The notes: generated from the sequence alone by a model not told the origin. Numbered from the stretch's first letter, positions 28,627-42,015 are shown. The stretch is DNA of 64,000 nucleotides from Octopus vulgaris (GCA_951406725.2 OX597814.1:169198001-169262000); one strand, 5' to 3'. Numbers and translations are program-made.

Positions 28627-28967
28627 TGATGATGATGATGATGATGATGATGATTATGATGATAAGGGTTGGTGACAGGAAGAGCATTTGGCCATAAAAT
28701 TCTGCCTCAGATAAATCCTCATCTAACCCATGTAAGCATGGAAAACAGATGCTAAATGATGATGATGATGGTGATGATGATGATGATGATGACGACGACG
28801 ACGACGATGACGATGATGATGATGATGAGGAAGATGATGATGATGATGGTGATGATGATGATGATGATGATGATGATGACGACGATGACGACGACGACGA
28901 CTATGATGATGATGATGAGGAAGATGATGATGATGATAGTGATGATGACGACGACGACGACGACGAC

Positions 28968-29012
<45 letters not shown>

Positions 29013-29161
29013 ATGGGTCAGTGGCAGGAAGAGTATTTGGCCATAAAATTCCGCCAGCATGGAAAACAGATGCTAAATGATGATGACGATGGTGATGATG
29101 ATGATGGTGATGGTGATGATGATGATGATGATGATGATGAGGAAGATGATGATGATGATGG

Positions 29162-29193
<32 letters not shown>

Positions 29194-29205
29194 GTAACGA
29201 TGATG
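28627..29205. repeat. Compound (GAT/GAC)n tracts forming tandem SINE-C tails
   Basis: AGCATGRAAAACAGATGCT precedes each tract (about 28606, 28736 and 29056). Confidence 0.9.
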
Positions 29206-30208
29206 TTAAGAGTTGGTTTACAGGAAGAGTAATTGGCCATAAAATTCTGCCTCAAATAAGTCTTCATACAACCCATGCCAGCATGGAAAAGTGGATATTA
29301 TTATTGAATGAAAGATCAAAAGGTAAGCCATCTGTTGCTCTGTTGATCCTGTTGCTCACTGCCCTCAACTTGGCTGAATATCAAAATGGCACCTCAAAGC
29401 AGAAGTAGAATATTTCTTGAAGACTTGAAAGAATTATTTATAGCTATGTGGTTAAGAAGCTCACTTTGCAACCACATGGTTTTGGGTTCAGTCCCACCGT
29501 ATGGCACTTTGGTCGAGTGTCTTCTACAACAGTCCTGGGTTGACCACTGCCTTGTAAGTGAATTTGGTTGGTGGAAACTGTGAGGAACCCTGTGTTTGTG
29601 TATGTGTGTGTGTACATATAAGTATATATGTATGTGGGTATATATGCATGTATGTATATATGTGTGTGTATTTGTGTTGTTTGTTCTCCATCACGGCTTG
29701 ATAACAGGTTTGTTTATGTTCCTGTGACTTAGTGGTTTGGTGAAAGAGACTAACAGAATAAGTAACAGACTTAAGAGATGAATAAATAAATAAATAAATA
29801 AATAATTAGGCACAGAAGTGGCTGTGTGGTAAGAAGCTTGCTTCCCAACCACATGGTTCCAGGTTCAGTCCTATGGTGTGGCACCTTGGGCAAGTGTTTC
29901 CTAATATAACTTTGGGTTGACCAAGCCCTTGTGAGTGGACTTAGTAGACAGAAACTGAAAGATGCCCATCAATGTATATATGTATCTGTGTGTGTGTGTT
30001 TGTCCCTCCGCTATCGTTTGACAATTGATGTTAGTGTGTTTACGTCTCCCTGTATCTTAGCGGGTCAGCAAAAGAACCTGATAGACTATAAAGAATAAGT
30101 CCTGGGCTCGATTTGTTCGACTAAAGGAGTTGCTCCAGCATGGCAGCAGTCAAATGACTGAAACAAGTAAAAGAATAAAATAAAAAAGATAAATACTGGG
30201 CGTAGGAT

Positions 30209-30792
30209 AGGCGTAGGAGTGGCTGTGTGGTAAGTAGCTTGTTTACGAACCACATGGGTCCAGGTTCAGTCCCACTGCGTGGCACCTTGGGCAAGTGTCT
30301 TCTACTATAGCCTCGGGCCGACCAAAGCCTTGTAAGTGGATTTGGTAGACGGAAACTGAAAGAAGCCCATCGTATATATAACGGGAAGCTTTATGAAAAT
30401 AAACAAAAGACGAAGGCAGGTGGAATACAAACGAACAATTGTATTTGTATGGCGCTCAGGAATATAAATAAAACAAGTCTTTTACGTTTCGAGCCTATGC
30501 TCTTTAACAGAAAGATACACAGAAAAGAAACACAGAAAGAAACAAGGAGAGAAAAAAATGCGTGCAGAGGCTAGCGATGTTTGTGTGTCTGTGTTCCCCC
30601 CTCCCCAACATCACTTGACAACTGATGCTGGTGTGTTTACGTCCCCGTAACTTAGCGGTTCGGCAAAAGAGACCGATAGAATAAGTACTAGGCTTACAAA
30701 GAATAAGTCCTGGGGTCGATTTGCTCGACTAAAGGCGATGCTCCACTCCAGCGTGACCACAGTCAAATTAACTGAAACAAGTAAAAGATATA
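30209..30792 (+). mobile_element. tRNA-derived CORE-like SINE family B with internal insertion
   Basis: A-box TGGCTGTGTGG, B-box GGTTCAGTCCC, CCTTGGGCAAGTG core-like block and tail GAAACAAGTAAAAGA. Copies at about 15630-16015(-), 24895-25303(-), 26180-26900, 29808-30180, 43460-44215(-), 53232-53640, 53655-54410(-), 55035-55220(-) and 63110-63503(-). Confidence 0.88.
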
Positions 30793-30924
30793 AAAGCTAA
30801 AAAAAGAAAAGCAGTTTCAGTTTCACAAAATTCAAGATAGAAAGAGAAAATGAGAGGAAAAATGATAATAAATGACAGAAATAAATCAAATTTGAATCAA
30901 TAACAGAACCAAAGAAAGGATTTT

Positions 30925-31665
30925 TCCCCTTACTTTCTCTTTCTCTTCTCCTCACTTTCTCTTACCTGCCTGCTTGTTTGACAGTCTCTTTCTCTCACTC
31001 ATTCCCTCTTTCTCCCCTCTCCTTCTCACTTGTCAGCTTATTTGACACTTTCTCTTACTAGTTCTCTGTCTGCGACTCTTTTTCTCTCTCTCTCTCTCTC
31101 AGTTACTTTGTGGGTCTCTTAATCACTTCCTCCCCCGCTGTCTCTTGTTTTTCTCACTTTCCTTTGCTCACACCACAGTTTTTACTTCTTTCTTTTCCCT
31201 CCTCCCACTACACCTTTCAATCTCTCTCTTCTCTCCCCTTCTTTCTTCCTTTCTCTTTCTCCTCTCTCCCTTCCTTCCCCCCTCTCTCTCCTCTTTCCCT
31301 TGCCCTCTCTCTCCCCTTCTCTCCTTTTCTCTCTTCCTCTCTCCCTTCCTTCCCCCTCTCTCTCCTCTTTCCCTTGCCCTCCCTCTCCTTTTCTCTCTCG
31401 TTCGGTCTCCCCATATCTCTCTATCCTTCTCTCCTTTTCTCTCTTCCTTTTTCCCTTCCTTCCCCCTCTCTCTCCGCTTTCCCTTGCCCTCCCTCTCCTC
31501 TTCTCTCTTTCCTTCTGTCTTCATATCTCTCTCTATCATTCTCTCCTTTTCTCTCTTCCTTCCCCCTCTCTCTCCTCTTTCCCTTTCTCTCTCCTTCTGT
31601 CTCCCCGTCTCTCTGTCCTTCTCTCCTTTTCTCTCTTCCTCTCTCTTCTCCTTCCCCCTCTCTCC
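30925..31665. repeat. Polypyrimidine (CT-rich) low-complexity tract with internal repeats
   Basis: Recurring CCTTCCTTCCCCCTCTCTCTCCTCTTTCCCTTGCCCTC units. Confidence 0.92.
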
Positions 31666-32724
31666 AACCGAAAGAAAATCTCTACTTCCTCTGAACATAA
31701 GGAATAGTTATGATACAAAAAATATACAAAAAAACGATAATAGATTTATTCCGCGTTTGACAAACTTCCAGTCTGTGTTCTTAATAAGCGATATTAATTA
31801 CAGAGCATTAAAAGCCAAAATAATAATTACTACATAAGAAAGCGTGGTTTACAAGCAGACAGGATAGTCATGGCAGGAATGCTTTTCCTCATAGGTCTGC
31901 TCAATTAAGCTTTGAACTGGTTGCAGGAACGGGTGGCTTAAACAACAACAACAACAAAAGCAGTAAATCACAGCCGGAACAACTTTGATCAATAAGCCTG
32001 CTCAATCAGGTCTGACCTGGGGCTACACAATAAGAACAACGTAAATTTTCCAAACAAAGGGGGTGAAAAACAAGCCAAAAAAAAAAAATAAAATAAAAAT
32101 AAAATAAACACAAATATAAAAAAAGTTGCAATAGAAAAAAAAAACGGAACAAAGAAATATTAAAATAAATAAATAATAATAAAAAAAAATTAATTATCGA
32201 AAAATATTGGAAGAATCCTGGCAATCCAATTCATTATAACCATTAGTTTTAGCATAGCTTTTATTTGACAAAGAATTTCTTTTCGTAGTGAGTGAAAATC
32301 CTGTTCAATCATTCTGGCTGTGTTTAAATATAAAAAACAAAACAAAAAAAGAAGTCTAACAGCTGCAACTGTCTAAGGTGGGGGTGGAGAAGTGATGTAG
32401 TTTATGTTTATGATACAATCTTTCATTCTTCCTTTCCTCCCTCCCACCACCGCCGTCCTTACCTCCCCCTCCGGCATCTCTTTGTTTATCTCCTTTATAT
32501 TTTCCTCCCACCCTCTCTTCCTCCTCCTCCACCTCCGCCTCGTTTTCGCTCTCGCTCTCTCTCTTTCTTTCTCTTTCTCTCTCGTTCTCTGTCTCTTTGT
32601 CTTTTGCTTTCTGTCCTTTTCTTTCCTGTCTTGTCATATACCCCTCCTTCCCCAACCGCTGCTGTTACTACTACTCTCTCCCTTTTCCTATTGCTACAGC
32701 TAAAATCAGAGCTAGAGTGAGAGA

Positions 32725-32735
32725 GAGAGATATAG

Positions 32736-32774
<39 letters not shown>

Positions 32775-32840
32775 CCGACAGATAGAAGAGATAGATAGAT
32801 AGATAGATAGACCGACAGATAGATAGATAGAGAGATAGAG

Positions 32841-32883
<43 letters not shown>

Positions 32884-32924
32884 CCGACAGATAGATAGAT
32901 AGATAGATAGACCGACAGATAGAG

Positions 32925-33020
<96 letters not shown>
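32725..33020. repeat. (AGAT)n microsatellite
   Basis: Direct reading. Confidence 0.97.
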
Positions 33021-34186
33021 TGATTGAGTGTGTGTGTGAGCCACAGTACTAATAATGTCTGGGGGTGGGGGAATGGCCAGGAGAGTCACTATCCTGTATT
33101 TTAAAAATATCGAATTATAGAAAACAAAATTCTACGTTATAAGTGAAAAGGATTAGATCGTGCGCGCACGTGTATATGTATGTTTTTTCTGTGTGCATAT
33201 GTATGTGTGTGGAGTTTGCCTGTGTGTATGTATATGTGTTTATTACAGTGAGTTATCTAATACACACGTATCAATGAAAAACAGCCTTCAACATTCCACG
33301 AGTTTTGTATTGTTAGTACTATATATAAATAATAAGACATAACGCATTCGTGTGCGTATTATTAATCCGCGCATGAATAGAAACACTCTTCAGCATTTAT
33401 TGAATTTCGTGTTATTATAATGATTACATTAACACAAATAATAGCACATGAATGAAATCAGTGAGTTGTGTTATTATTATGATTGTATTATTGGCTATAA
33501 TAATACAGTATTATTGTAGTCGGTACTATATTCGTAATAATAAAACAAGTCATTCTTGTGCATGTTAATACTACACACAAAAATAAAAAATTGCCTCCTA
33601 TAATCAGTGAGTCAACGCAAGTCATCACTATTAAAATGATAATAATCGCAAAGGGAATTGCCGTTCATCGTTTATCTAGATAATTCTTGTTTTGGAAATG
33701 TACCGTAATAAATCCGGATTTGGATGGGAAGAAAGAAAAGAAAAAAATTATGAAAGTATTTAGTGATCAGAGTTCATGTAAAGGACAACAGTGTAAAGTA
33801 CTATATGTATTGCTGAATTCAGGCTAAGTTATTCCATGCATATTTACTAGTGTTGATAAAATTAACCGTCATAGATTTTTACAATGACAGAAGGCATCTC
33901 TCAACCAGATGCCATTAACGAAGAGACAGTATATAAGCCAATTAAGCCAGTATATAAATAAGATAATAATATAAGCCAATTAAGTTTAGTCTGTTGCGAC
34001 AGATCATATGGCATTATCGGAATATTAGAAAGCGGGGTACATATTACCACTAAGGTTAATGGAGCTATAGAATAGGGAACACAAATGTTTCCAAAGGATC
34101 TTGTTTTGGGGCTTGTGTCTTTAATGCAACAAACTTGAAAATGGTGAAAAACTCTTGCTTAACTGGTTAGTATGGAGCAAATATAG

Positions 34187-34623
34187 GATCTTTTCAGTTT
34201 GAACGGCAGTTTTTTCTAGCGGTGTCATATGAAATTGTCACCCATAATTATGACCCTAGTATCGATCTATTGCATTTCAATCTGTTTTAGGGTTAGGATT
34301 AGTTAGGATTAATTAGGGTTAGGAGTGGGGGGAAGGGTATCTTTTTTCTTCAGAAAAGCAAATAAACCCAATCTGTTTCTTAAACGAGGGACATATTCAT
34401 ACGGCACAGAATGTTTTCACCTCAACAGACGTCATTGATTGGTTGAAATTGCAGAAATTGAAGAAAAAAACAACAACAAATATCTTACAAACTATAGAAT
34501 TTTCTCAATAAAGTCAAGAGAAAAAGATGTTTTATAAACACATTCTACCAGTATACAAAGTTTAAAAGTGTTTTAGTTACCTAGAAATTACGGTAAAAAC
34601 TGCCGTTCAAACCGAAAAGATCC
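34187..34623. mobile_element. Unclassified TIR element with internal TTAGGG-like repeats
   Basis: GGATCTTTTCAGTTTGAACGGCAGTTTTT / AAAAACTGCCGTTCAAACCGAAAAGATCC; internal TTAGGGTTAGGATTAGTTAGG at 34287-34323. Confidence 0.8.
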
Positions 34624-35049
34624 GAACTCTTTAGTATGGAGCAAATGTAATTTTTTTTTTAAAAAAAGACTTTTTTTTTTTGTTTTCTAAGTTGTCTAAC
34701 GAAAATTTTTTCTTCATCAATTGTTTAGTTTCGATTTTGACAGATCTGAAGCTGTCTTGAAGCAGAGAGAGCATGTCTGTCATCAATAAGGTCACAAATA
34801 GTGACAAAAGGACAGACAAAACTATCTGATTAATTGACTAACTGACTGAACGAGTAATCAAACAATTGATTAGTTAATTGATTAAATGGTTAAATAATTC
34901 ACTAATAAATAATATTAAAAGAAGTGAAACAGAACCAGTCATTGTGTTTATTATTGGCATAATGACCCTCCCAAGATGCAAAAAAAAAAAATCACGTTGT
35001 TTCAGCTATTTTAGAAGTAAATAATAAAGTTGGGGAAGCTTAGTGAAAA

Positions 35050-37900
35050 TCTATTAGAGCAAGAATAGTGCTCATTGCAAACTTTGTCAACTGGCAAAGC
35101 TTGAAATAATGATTATCACAAATTATCTGATGGTGGTGTATTGGTTCAAAGTATTTGAAACCAGACAATTCTTTTGGAAGAAATATTAACAACGTATATT
35201 GGATGTGACACTCATTTTTCAAGGTAGAAGTCACATTGATAACAAAAAAATATAATGGGAATTTCTCAGTAGTTTGGGAACAGGTGGCCATTATGATAAC
35301 ATACTGAATAATCATTTGGACATAGTTTAAGGCTTCTAAAATTGAAAAGGAACACATGCAAGCTTATTGCTTGATAGTCAAAATGAACCCATTAATTGTT
35401 TTGCTGATCAAGTTAAGAAAAGGCTATTGTAAATGAATGTGAATACCGTAAATCTTCGAGTATAGTCCGCCCTTGAGTATAATACGCAGGGGATTTTTAG
35501 GGGGCTGTACTTCTGAAAAACCTAAAACCTTGTGTATAATACACACCCCTTCTCTAACTCGAGTCGTGCGTAATTAAGCCAGCAGCACCTAGTCGAACAA
35601 ACACTTCCGTGCATGCATAATACAATAATGGTGATGTTCTTAACTGTTATATGGGAATGTAAATATGTTTGCAAATTGTTTTTGTTGCATGTTATTCTGT
35701 GTTCTGAATACTTTTATTTTAATAACTGTTGCGTACTGCAAGTTATGGATGATTCTTTTATGACTTCATTGCTTTCAGGCTTAGCTTAAGGTATTTTCGC
35801 GCCCGACATCATAAAATACATCTGAATAAACATTGCCAGACAGCAAATAGAGATTTGGACATTGCTTAGAAAATATCTTTCATTTTTAACCTCGTGTATA
35901 GTACACACTAGGGATTTTGACCTTTAAATTTTTGGGGGAAAAATGCAGATTATACTCGAGGATTTACGGTATACAAAATGTTACAGTATGGTTGTGAATG
36001 TAACTCTTGATTCAGCATATTGAGAACAAAATGTTTATCTAAACAAATTTACAAGCCAATATGGAGTAAAAGAAAAGCTTCTTGATTTTGTTAACTGTAA
36101 TCAAAAGGAAATCAATAATATAGTCGAACTGATACTTGATAGTGTTAAAAAAAAAAGAAGAAAACAAAATATCAATACAATACTTCATTCTCTACGTGTT
36201 ATGTTGAAGGTTTTGATAATGAGAGTAACATATCTGGACAGTATATAATGGATGTCAAGTAATTTCCAAACTGTTTCCGATCCATTGGTTGTATTTTCTC
36301 TTTGAACTTGTCACAGTCTCAATTTAGGCAGAGTTAGAGCTGCAAAATGTTGCATTGAATTTACTGCTGTTCAGAATCTCTACAATATATTTAGCAGTAT
36401 TCTTTCATAATGGCTCAATCTGAAAACATTACCTTAAAGTTTCACAGCATGGTTCCTGATACTCGATGGTTTACAATAAAGCAATTATGTTCTTGCTTTG
36501 TCTAAATCTAATTCTTGGAAACACTTTCAAACACAAGAAGTATTCAAACTTATTTAAATTCCTTTGAGTGCATTGTGAGGGGATCAATTTGGATAAAAAC
36601 TGTAACAGCAATTCACCATTGTAATGTTTCCTTGGAACCAGGAATGCTACAACTGATACGGAATTGAATTATTGGAAATCAAAATGAAACTGTTTTCTCA
36701 ATGAAGTTAAAGGAGGTTGCTGCAAACATTGGAAGCTCAAATGAATTTTCCAATAAAAGACAAAGGGAAAAAATTCTTAAAAACTTGACAGGTAAAATCG
36801 TCGAATATACTTATTCTACCACTGAAGACAGGTTTAAGGGAGATATATTTTATACTGTATTTGATTTGGTAATTTCAAATATTTCAAGATGTTTCAATGC
36901 TGTATCTTATTTCAATAAAGTGTTTGGATGCATTTTAGAAATATTCTGAAATAGAAACTGAAAAAAAAAAAAAAATTGAGCACCAAAGTTAATCAACTAT
37001 GTGATACAATATCGACTTAATATAAAAGATGAAATATTCCATTTAAAATAAATACATGAATCAAATATTTCTCCAAACTCAATTCCACCAATTGAATTAT
37101 TAAGCAAACTTAGTTGCATATTGAAGTAGCATTCTTCAACTCTCAACTTGCTATATAACACAGTACTTCACAGGATTGCATTGGTCTGCTCGTTCTAAAA
37201 TGCATATCATGAGAAGTGTGCTGACTTTGTTTACATTCATTGCAAAGAAAGTAAGGAACCCTTTGATATAAGGGAGAAAAATTTAATTTTGTTTTTGGAT
37301 TTAGTTTGCAAGATTCTTTATATGAGTTCTGTTGTGTCTGAGGAGAGTTATTTTCTTTTTGTGCCTTATAATGTAACACACTCACCAGTAAAAATTCCAC
37401 TTATTTCTTATTTTACCAGTGACTGTGTTACATTATAAGGCACAAAAAGAAAATGACTCTCCACAGACACAACAGAAAAATTTAATCTTTTCCTCTATTG
37501 TTCATTTCTCTTCTGTAAGACGATCATTACAAGACTGAGCTTTTGACTGGAGTTTAAGTAGTTATAAAACTTTGAATAGTTTGTTTCCTATAGGTCATAA
37601 AAGATTTTTCAGTGGTTTAGCTTGTATTAAGAATGTTATGAGATCAGCAGTGTGTCAAGATAAATTATCTAGTCTGAGGATCTTTACTGTTAAATCAACT
37701 TTCACATGTGAATTATGATTGTCTTTACTTATCATAAATTATAAGTCTTTATTTCGTTTTGGATTTTGTTTGCAAGATTCTCTATGTGAGTTTGTGTGTT
37801 GAAGCATATTCTGTTGTATCTGGGGAGAGTCATTTTCTTTTTGTGCCTTATAATTTAAATGCAACTTTTCAATAGTCTTGACTTGCAAGATGCAACGAAA
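35050..37900 (+). pseudogene. Decayed hAT (ZMYM1-like) transposase with MITE and repeat insertions
   Basis: GFDNESNISGQY, TCHSLNLG, VQNLYNIFSS, PDTRW, LILPVTV and KRFFSGLACIKNVMRSAVCQDKLSSL (hAT dimerisation domain), in order but in broken frames. Confidence 0.8.
35446..35969. mobile_element. pogo-like MITE, copy 2
   Basis: TA|CCGTAAATCTTCGAGTATAGTC ... GATTATACTCGAGGATTTACGG|TA. Confidence 0.88.
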
Positions 37901-40740
37901 ATTTTAGGAAAATAAAATAAGTGGAATTTTACTGATGAGTGTGTTAAATTATAAGGCACAAAAAGAAAATAACTCTCCCCAGACACAACAGTATAAGTCA
38001 TTACGTATCATAAAACTAGAACAGTTCCTTTTGATTCATTTTTACATCCATCTTTCCATGCTAGCATGGGTTAGATGAATATATTATTGACAAATTGTTT
38101 TACAGTCACTGTCCCTTACCTGTTTTTCGAATTGGGGATCTTTCGTTCTACTGCATTATGTAGTCATGGATACATTGAGAAATCAACATGATGGCCATGG
38201 CTGAAAAACTTTTGATCAAAAGTCTGCATGATCTAGTCTGACCAATATGTTATAGAATTGGCCAACAGTGATTCAAAGTTCAGAATCTAACAACAATGCA
38301 TAACAGATTTAGTCTGAAGAACAGAAATGGCTAAAAGTGATTCAGAATTCAGAATCTAACCAAATTTGGGACTTTAAAAATTTCTAATCCCTCAGAAAGA
38401 AAACAACAGCTGTTCAAATAAGTATTTACAACTATACTCTACCTTTTCAATGGTTAATAACTATGCTCCTTTAGGTTGTAAAGTCTAAATACTGTGACAT
38501 CATTAGGTCAGTACATAGCTTCAAACACAACAACACATGAACCAGGGTCGGAGCTTCTATATTCTTATCCATTGTAGTTCAAATCTCCCTCAAGCCACAC
38601 GTTTCAAAATTATTAATATTAATATTATTTGTGCCTTGCAACCATATGGCTCTGGTTTCAATCCCAGTTTGGGACACTTTTAGTGTTGTCTCAGGTTGAC
38701 CAATATCTTTTCGATAAAATTTACTAAGAAGCCTATTGCGTGCATGCATGTGTGTGTGTGTATGTGCGTGAGTGTGTGCATGTCTGTTTGCATTTATTTC
38801 TTATTTCTTTACTGCCCACAAGGGGCTACACACAGAGGAAACAAACAAGGACAAACAAACGGATTAAGTCGATTATATTGACCCCAATGCGTAACTGGTA
38901 CTTATTTAATCGACCCCGAAAGGATGAAAGGCAAAGTCAACCTCGGCGAAATTTGAACTCAGAACGTAGCGGCAGATGAAATACCGCTAAGCATTTCGCC
39001 CAGCGTGCTAATGTTTCTGCCAGCTTCCATTTATGAATACATAAGACTGATGTCTGTTTTGTATTTAGGCCATTGCCACAATTGATAATTCTGAAAATAC
39101 GAAGAGGAAAAATTACAATAATGCAACAGTATAAACGTAAAACTAGAACACAATACAGAATCAAACACAAAATTCTCTATGCTCATCCCTGCCACTAGTA
39201 GTATTTCTGATAAAGTGAATTTAAATAAAAGCAATGACTTGAAAATTATTATCACCATCATCATCATTGCTTTAATGTCTCCCTTTCCACGATTGCATGG
39301 ATTAGATGAAGATTATTGGGGCAGATTTTTCTATGATTGGATACCCTTCCTGTCACAAACCCTCACCTATTTCCAAGCAAACTAATGTTTCCTTGTGGCC
39401 AGACCTGTTTTCACAAAATATTAGAAATGAATGGATATTGCTTGTATGACAGTGATGCTCATTTACAATGATTATGTGATGTCAAGACAAGGAGATACAC
39501 ATTCAGACACAATCTTGGGGTTAATTTGTTCGACTGAAACCCTTCAAGGCAGTGCTCCAGTATGGCCATAGTCAAATGACTGGAACAAGTAAAGAATAAA
39601 GGAATGCATGCAAATAATGATAAAGATATATTTATATATGGTGATGAAATGAGGATATATCATCATCATCATCATTTAACGTCGGTCTTCCATGCTAGCA
39701 TGGGTGGGATGGTACCACAAGAGCCAGCCAAGCCAAAGCCTGCACCTGCCTTCTGTGTCTGTTTTGGCAGGATTTTTACAGTTGGATGCCCTGCCTAACA
39801 CTGACCACTCAGCAGAGTGGACTTGGTGCATATTATGTGGCACAAGCACAGGTGAGGTGAGTAGTGCTTTTTATGTGGTACAAGCACAGGTAAGATCTAT
39901 TTTGGCAAGGTTTTTACAGCTGGATGCCCTTCTGAAAACCAACCACTTTACAGTATGGATTGGCTGCTTTTAAGTGGCACCTGCACTGACAGACTCACCA
40001 AGTATTTGCAAGACATTAAAAATTTTAAAAAATTCTAAGAGGGGAGGAGGCATTGCAGGTGGTGATGATGAAAAGGTTATAGTGAGACTGATATAGGTGT
40101 CTTGCTGTAGAGTAAGTACACGGTTACCCAGCCAGAGAGGGGGGGAGGGAGAGAGAGAGAGAGAGAGAGATCTGGAATGAAGACAGAAACAGGTGTGCTA
40201 CCGCAAAGAAACTATAGAGTTGCCCAACCAGAGGGTGGTGCAGGAGGAGAGAGAGTGGGAGATAGCAGGATAGAGATGGTGGCAAAATGCTGGACATACA
40301 AGGAATGGTGATTAGAATATAAATGGCCAGCGGTCACGTGAGAAGGAAGAGAAGAGAGAGAAAAAGAGGAGCAAAGGAATTAAGGAGGGGGAGAAGAGAG
40401 AGGAAAAGAGAAACAAAGGAATTAAGGGGGAGAGAAGAGAGAGAAAAAGAGGAACAAGGAATTAAGGAGGGGGAGAAAAGGAGGATTGGCAAGAAAAAAG
40501 AAAGACAGGGACAGTGAAGTGCAGAGTAAGAAAGGCAAAGGAATGTGAGAGAGTGGGGGAGAGAGTGTGTTGAAGCCACAAAGTTTAGTGAAATGTGTAC
40601 TTATATAAAAGAACAAAATGTACATACGCTGCTATATATATATGAAATATAAAATGGGGCAGAGAGAGAGAGAGAGAAAACAAGCCTCTTTCAGTTTCTT
40701 TCTATCAAATCCACTTGTGTGAATAGCCTGGGGCTATATT

Positions 40741-40929
40741 ATGAGTGGATGCTGAAAAGTTCCTGGCTTTAGGGGTATTGCAAAAGGCCTATTTGGTGGT
40801 CCAACTTTCAAGGACCCCTGCAATAATTGTGTGAATCTGAGAGGGAAATATGTTGAATAAAATCATAATTAACTGATTCTCCTGTATTTTCTTATACCGA
40901 AAGCTAGGAACTTTTCAGCACTCCCTTGT
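40741..40929. mobile_element. mariner-derived MITE inside a SINE
   Basis: TGCTGAAAAGTTCCTGGCTTT / AAAGCTAGGAACTTTTCAGCA. Confidence 0.75.
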
Positions 40930-41374
40930 GGAAGACACCCAAGATTTATACTTAGAAAGAATCCTATCAGGTAGGGTTTTTTTTTATCATAATAGTAGAA
41001 AGTTGCTTCTAGTAATGTTTGTACTGGTTCATTTTGAGGAAGAGTACACTTGGCTTAGAGTGCTCACTGTTGAACAGCAGATAGTTCTCGACTGTCTTCA
41101 TGAATTTGCTGATTTTGATATTAGTCAGCACTTGTTCTATTAATTATGACAGAATTCTCTAAGGTGTTTGAGTCACAACAAGAATGGAATTTAAGAACAT
41201 TGCTGAATTGTTAAAGTAAAGTTTTATTCTGACTTTGTATATTTGATTTCAACAGGCAGTAGTCTAGACCAGTCTTTATATACTTAAGATTAGAGCCTAA
41301 AGAGAATTGCATTGTTTAGTAAAATTGAGAGAGGATGTAAAACTCTGCTGTCTCTCTTTAATTTCTCCCCTCAC

Positions 41375-42015
41375 CATGACCTGTTGCTGTAACATTAAAA
41401 CATGAATCGACCTTGCTTGCCAAGCCTTCAACTGACTCAATGCACAACTCTGGTCAAGATCTGAGATCCAACGCACCACCAAAGTACGGATCTACTAAGC
41501 AAGAGTGCGAATGATTCTCCTTTACGGCAGCAAGTCATGGCCAATGAGGGTGGAAGATATTAAGCGACTAGAATCCTTCAATCACCTCTGTCTATGCTGC
41601 ATCCTTCAGGTCCGATGGCATCACTTTGTCTCCAACAATTCAGTGCGACACCAGTGCAAAATCACTGCCCTCTAACACGTCATCCTAATGAGACGTCTGC
41701 ATTGGCTGGGTCATGCCCTCTGTTGTCAACCAGGAGAGTTCCTCTATGAAGCAATTGCCCCAGCTCCCCTTCAAGGTTGGCGAAACCGATGTGGTGGACA
41801 ACGAAAAACCTGACTGATGACAGTCAAGGCTGATCTGGAACCCAACCTAGGCCCCCATATCTACAGCATTCACCGCTGGAATAAGGAGTGGCTGGAGATC
41901 ACGCGGTTGTTAGTCTCAAATCGCCAGGTCTGGTTGGTGTTTGTGAGAGATGCAGCATTGAGGATGAATGAAGCCAGCTCAACCCATCCTGGGTGAATGC
42001 TGTCTCAAGACAAGA
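41375..42015 (+). mobile_element. RTE-clade LINE 3' fragment
   Basis: LWSRSEIQRTTKVRIY..ILLYGSKSWPM..RLESFNHLCL..RLHWLGHAL; ends with TCAAGACAAG. Confidence 0.78.

Noticed and set aside
28749-29408. Aspein-like acidic protein gene
   Set aside because: Built from SINE tails and GAT microsatellites; no signal peptide or splice evidence
31110-31837. Long ORFs of 135-230 aa
   Set aside because: Arise from a stop-poor CT-rich low-complexity tract
34287-34323. Telomere
   Set aside because: Only a few degenerate TTAGGG units, internal to a TIR element
34725-34795. Minus-strand TGATGA..GAAAC hammerhead candidate
   Set aside because: C3 is missing, stem II does not close next to GAAA, and there is no cleavage triplet or stem I
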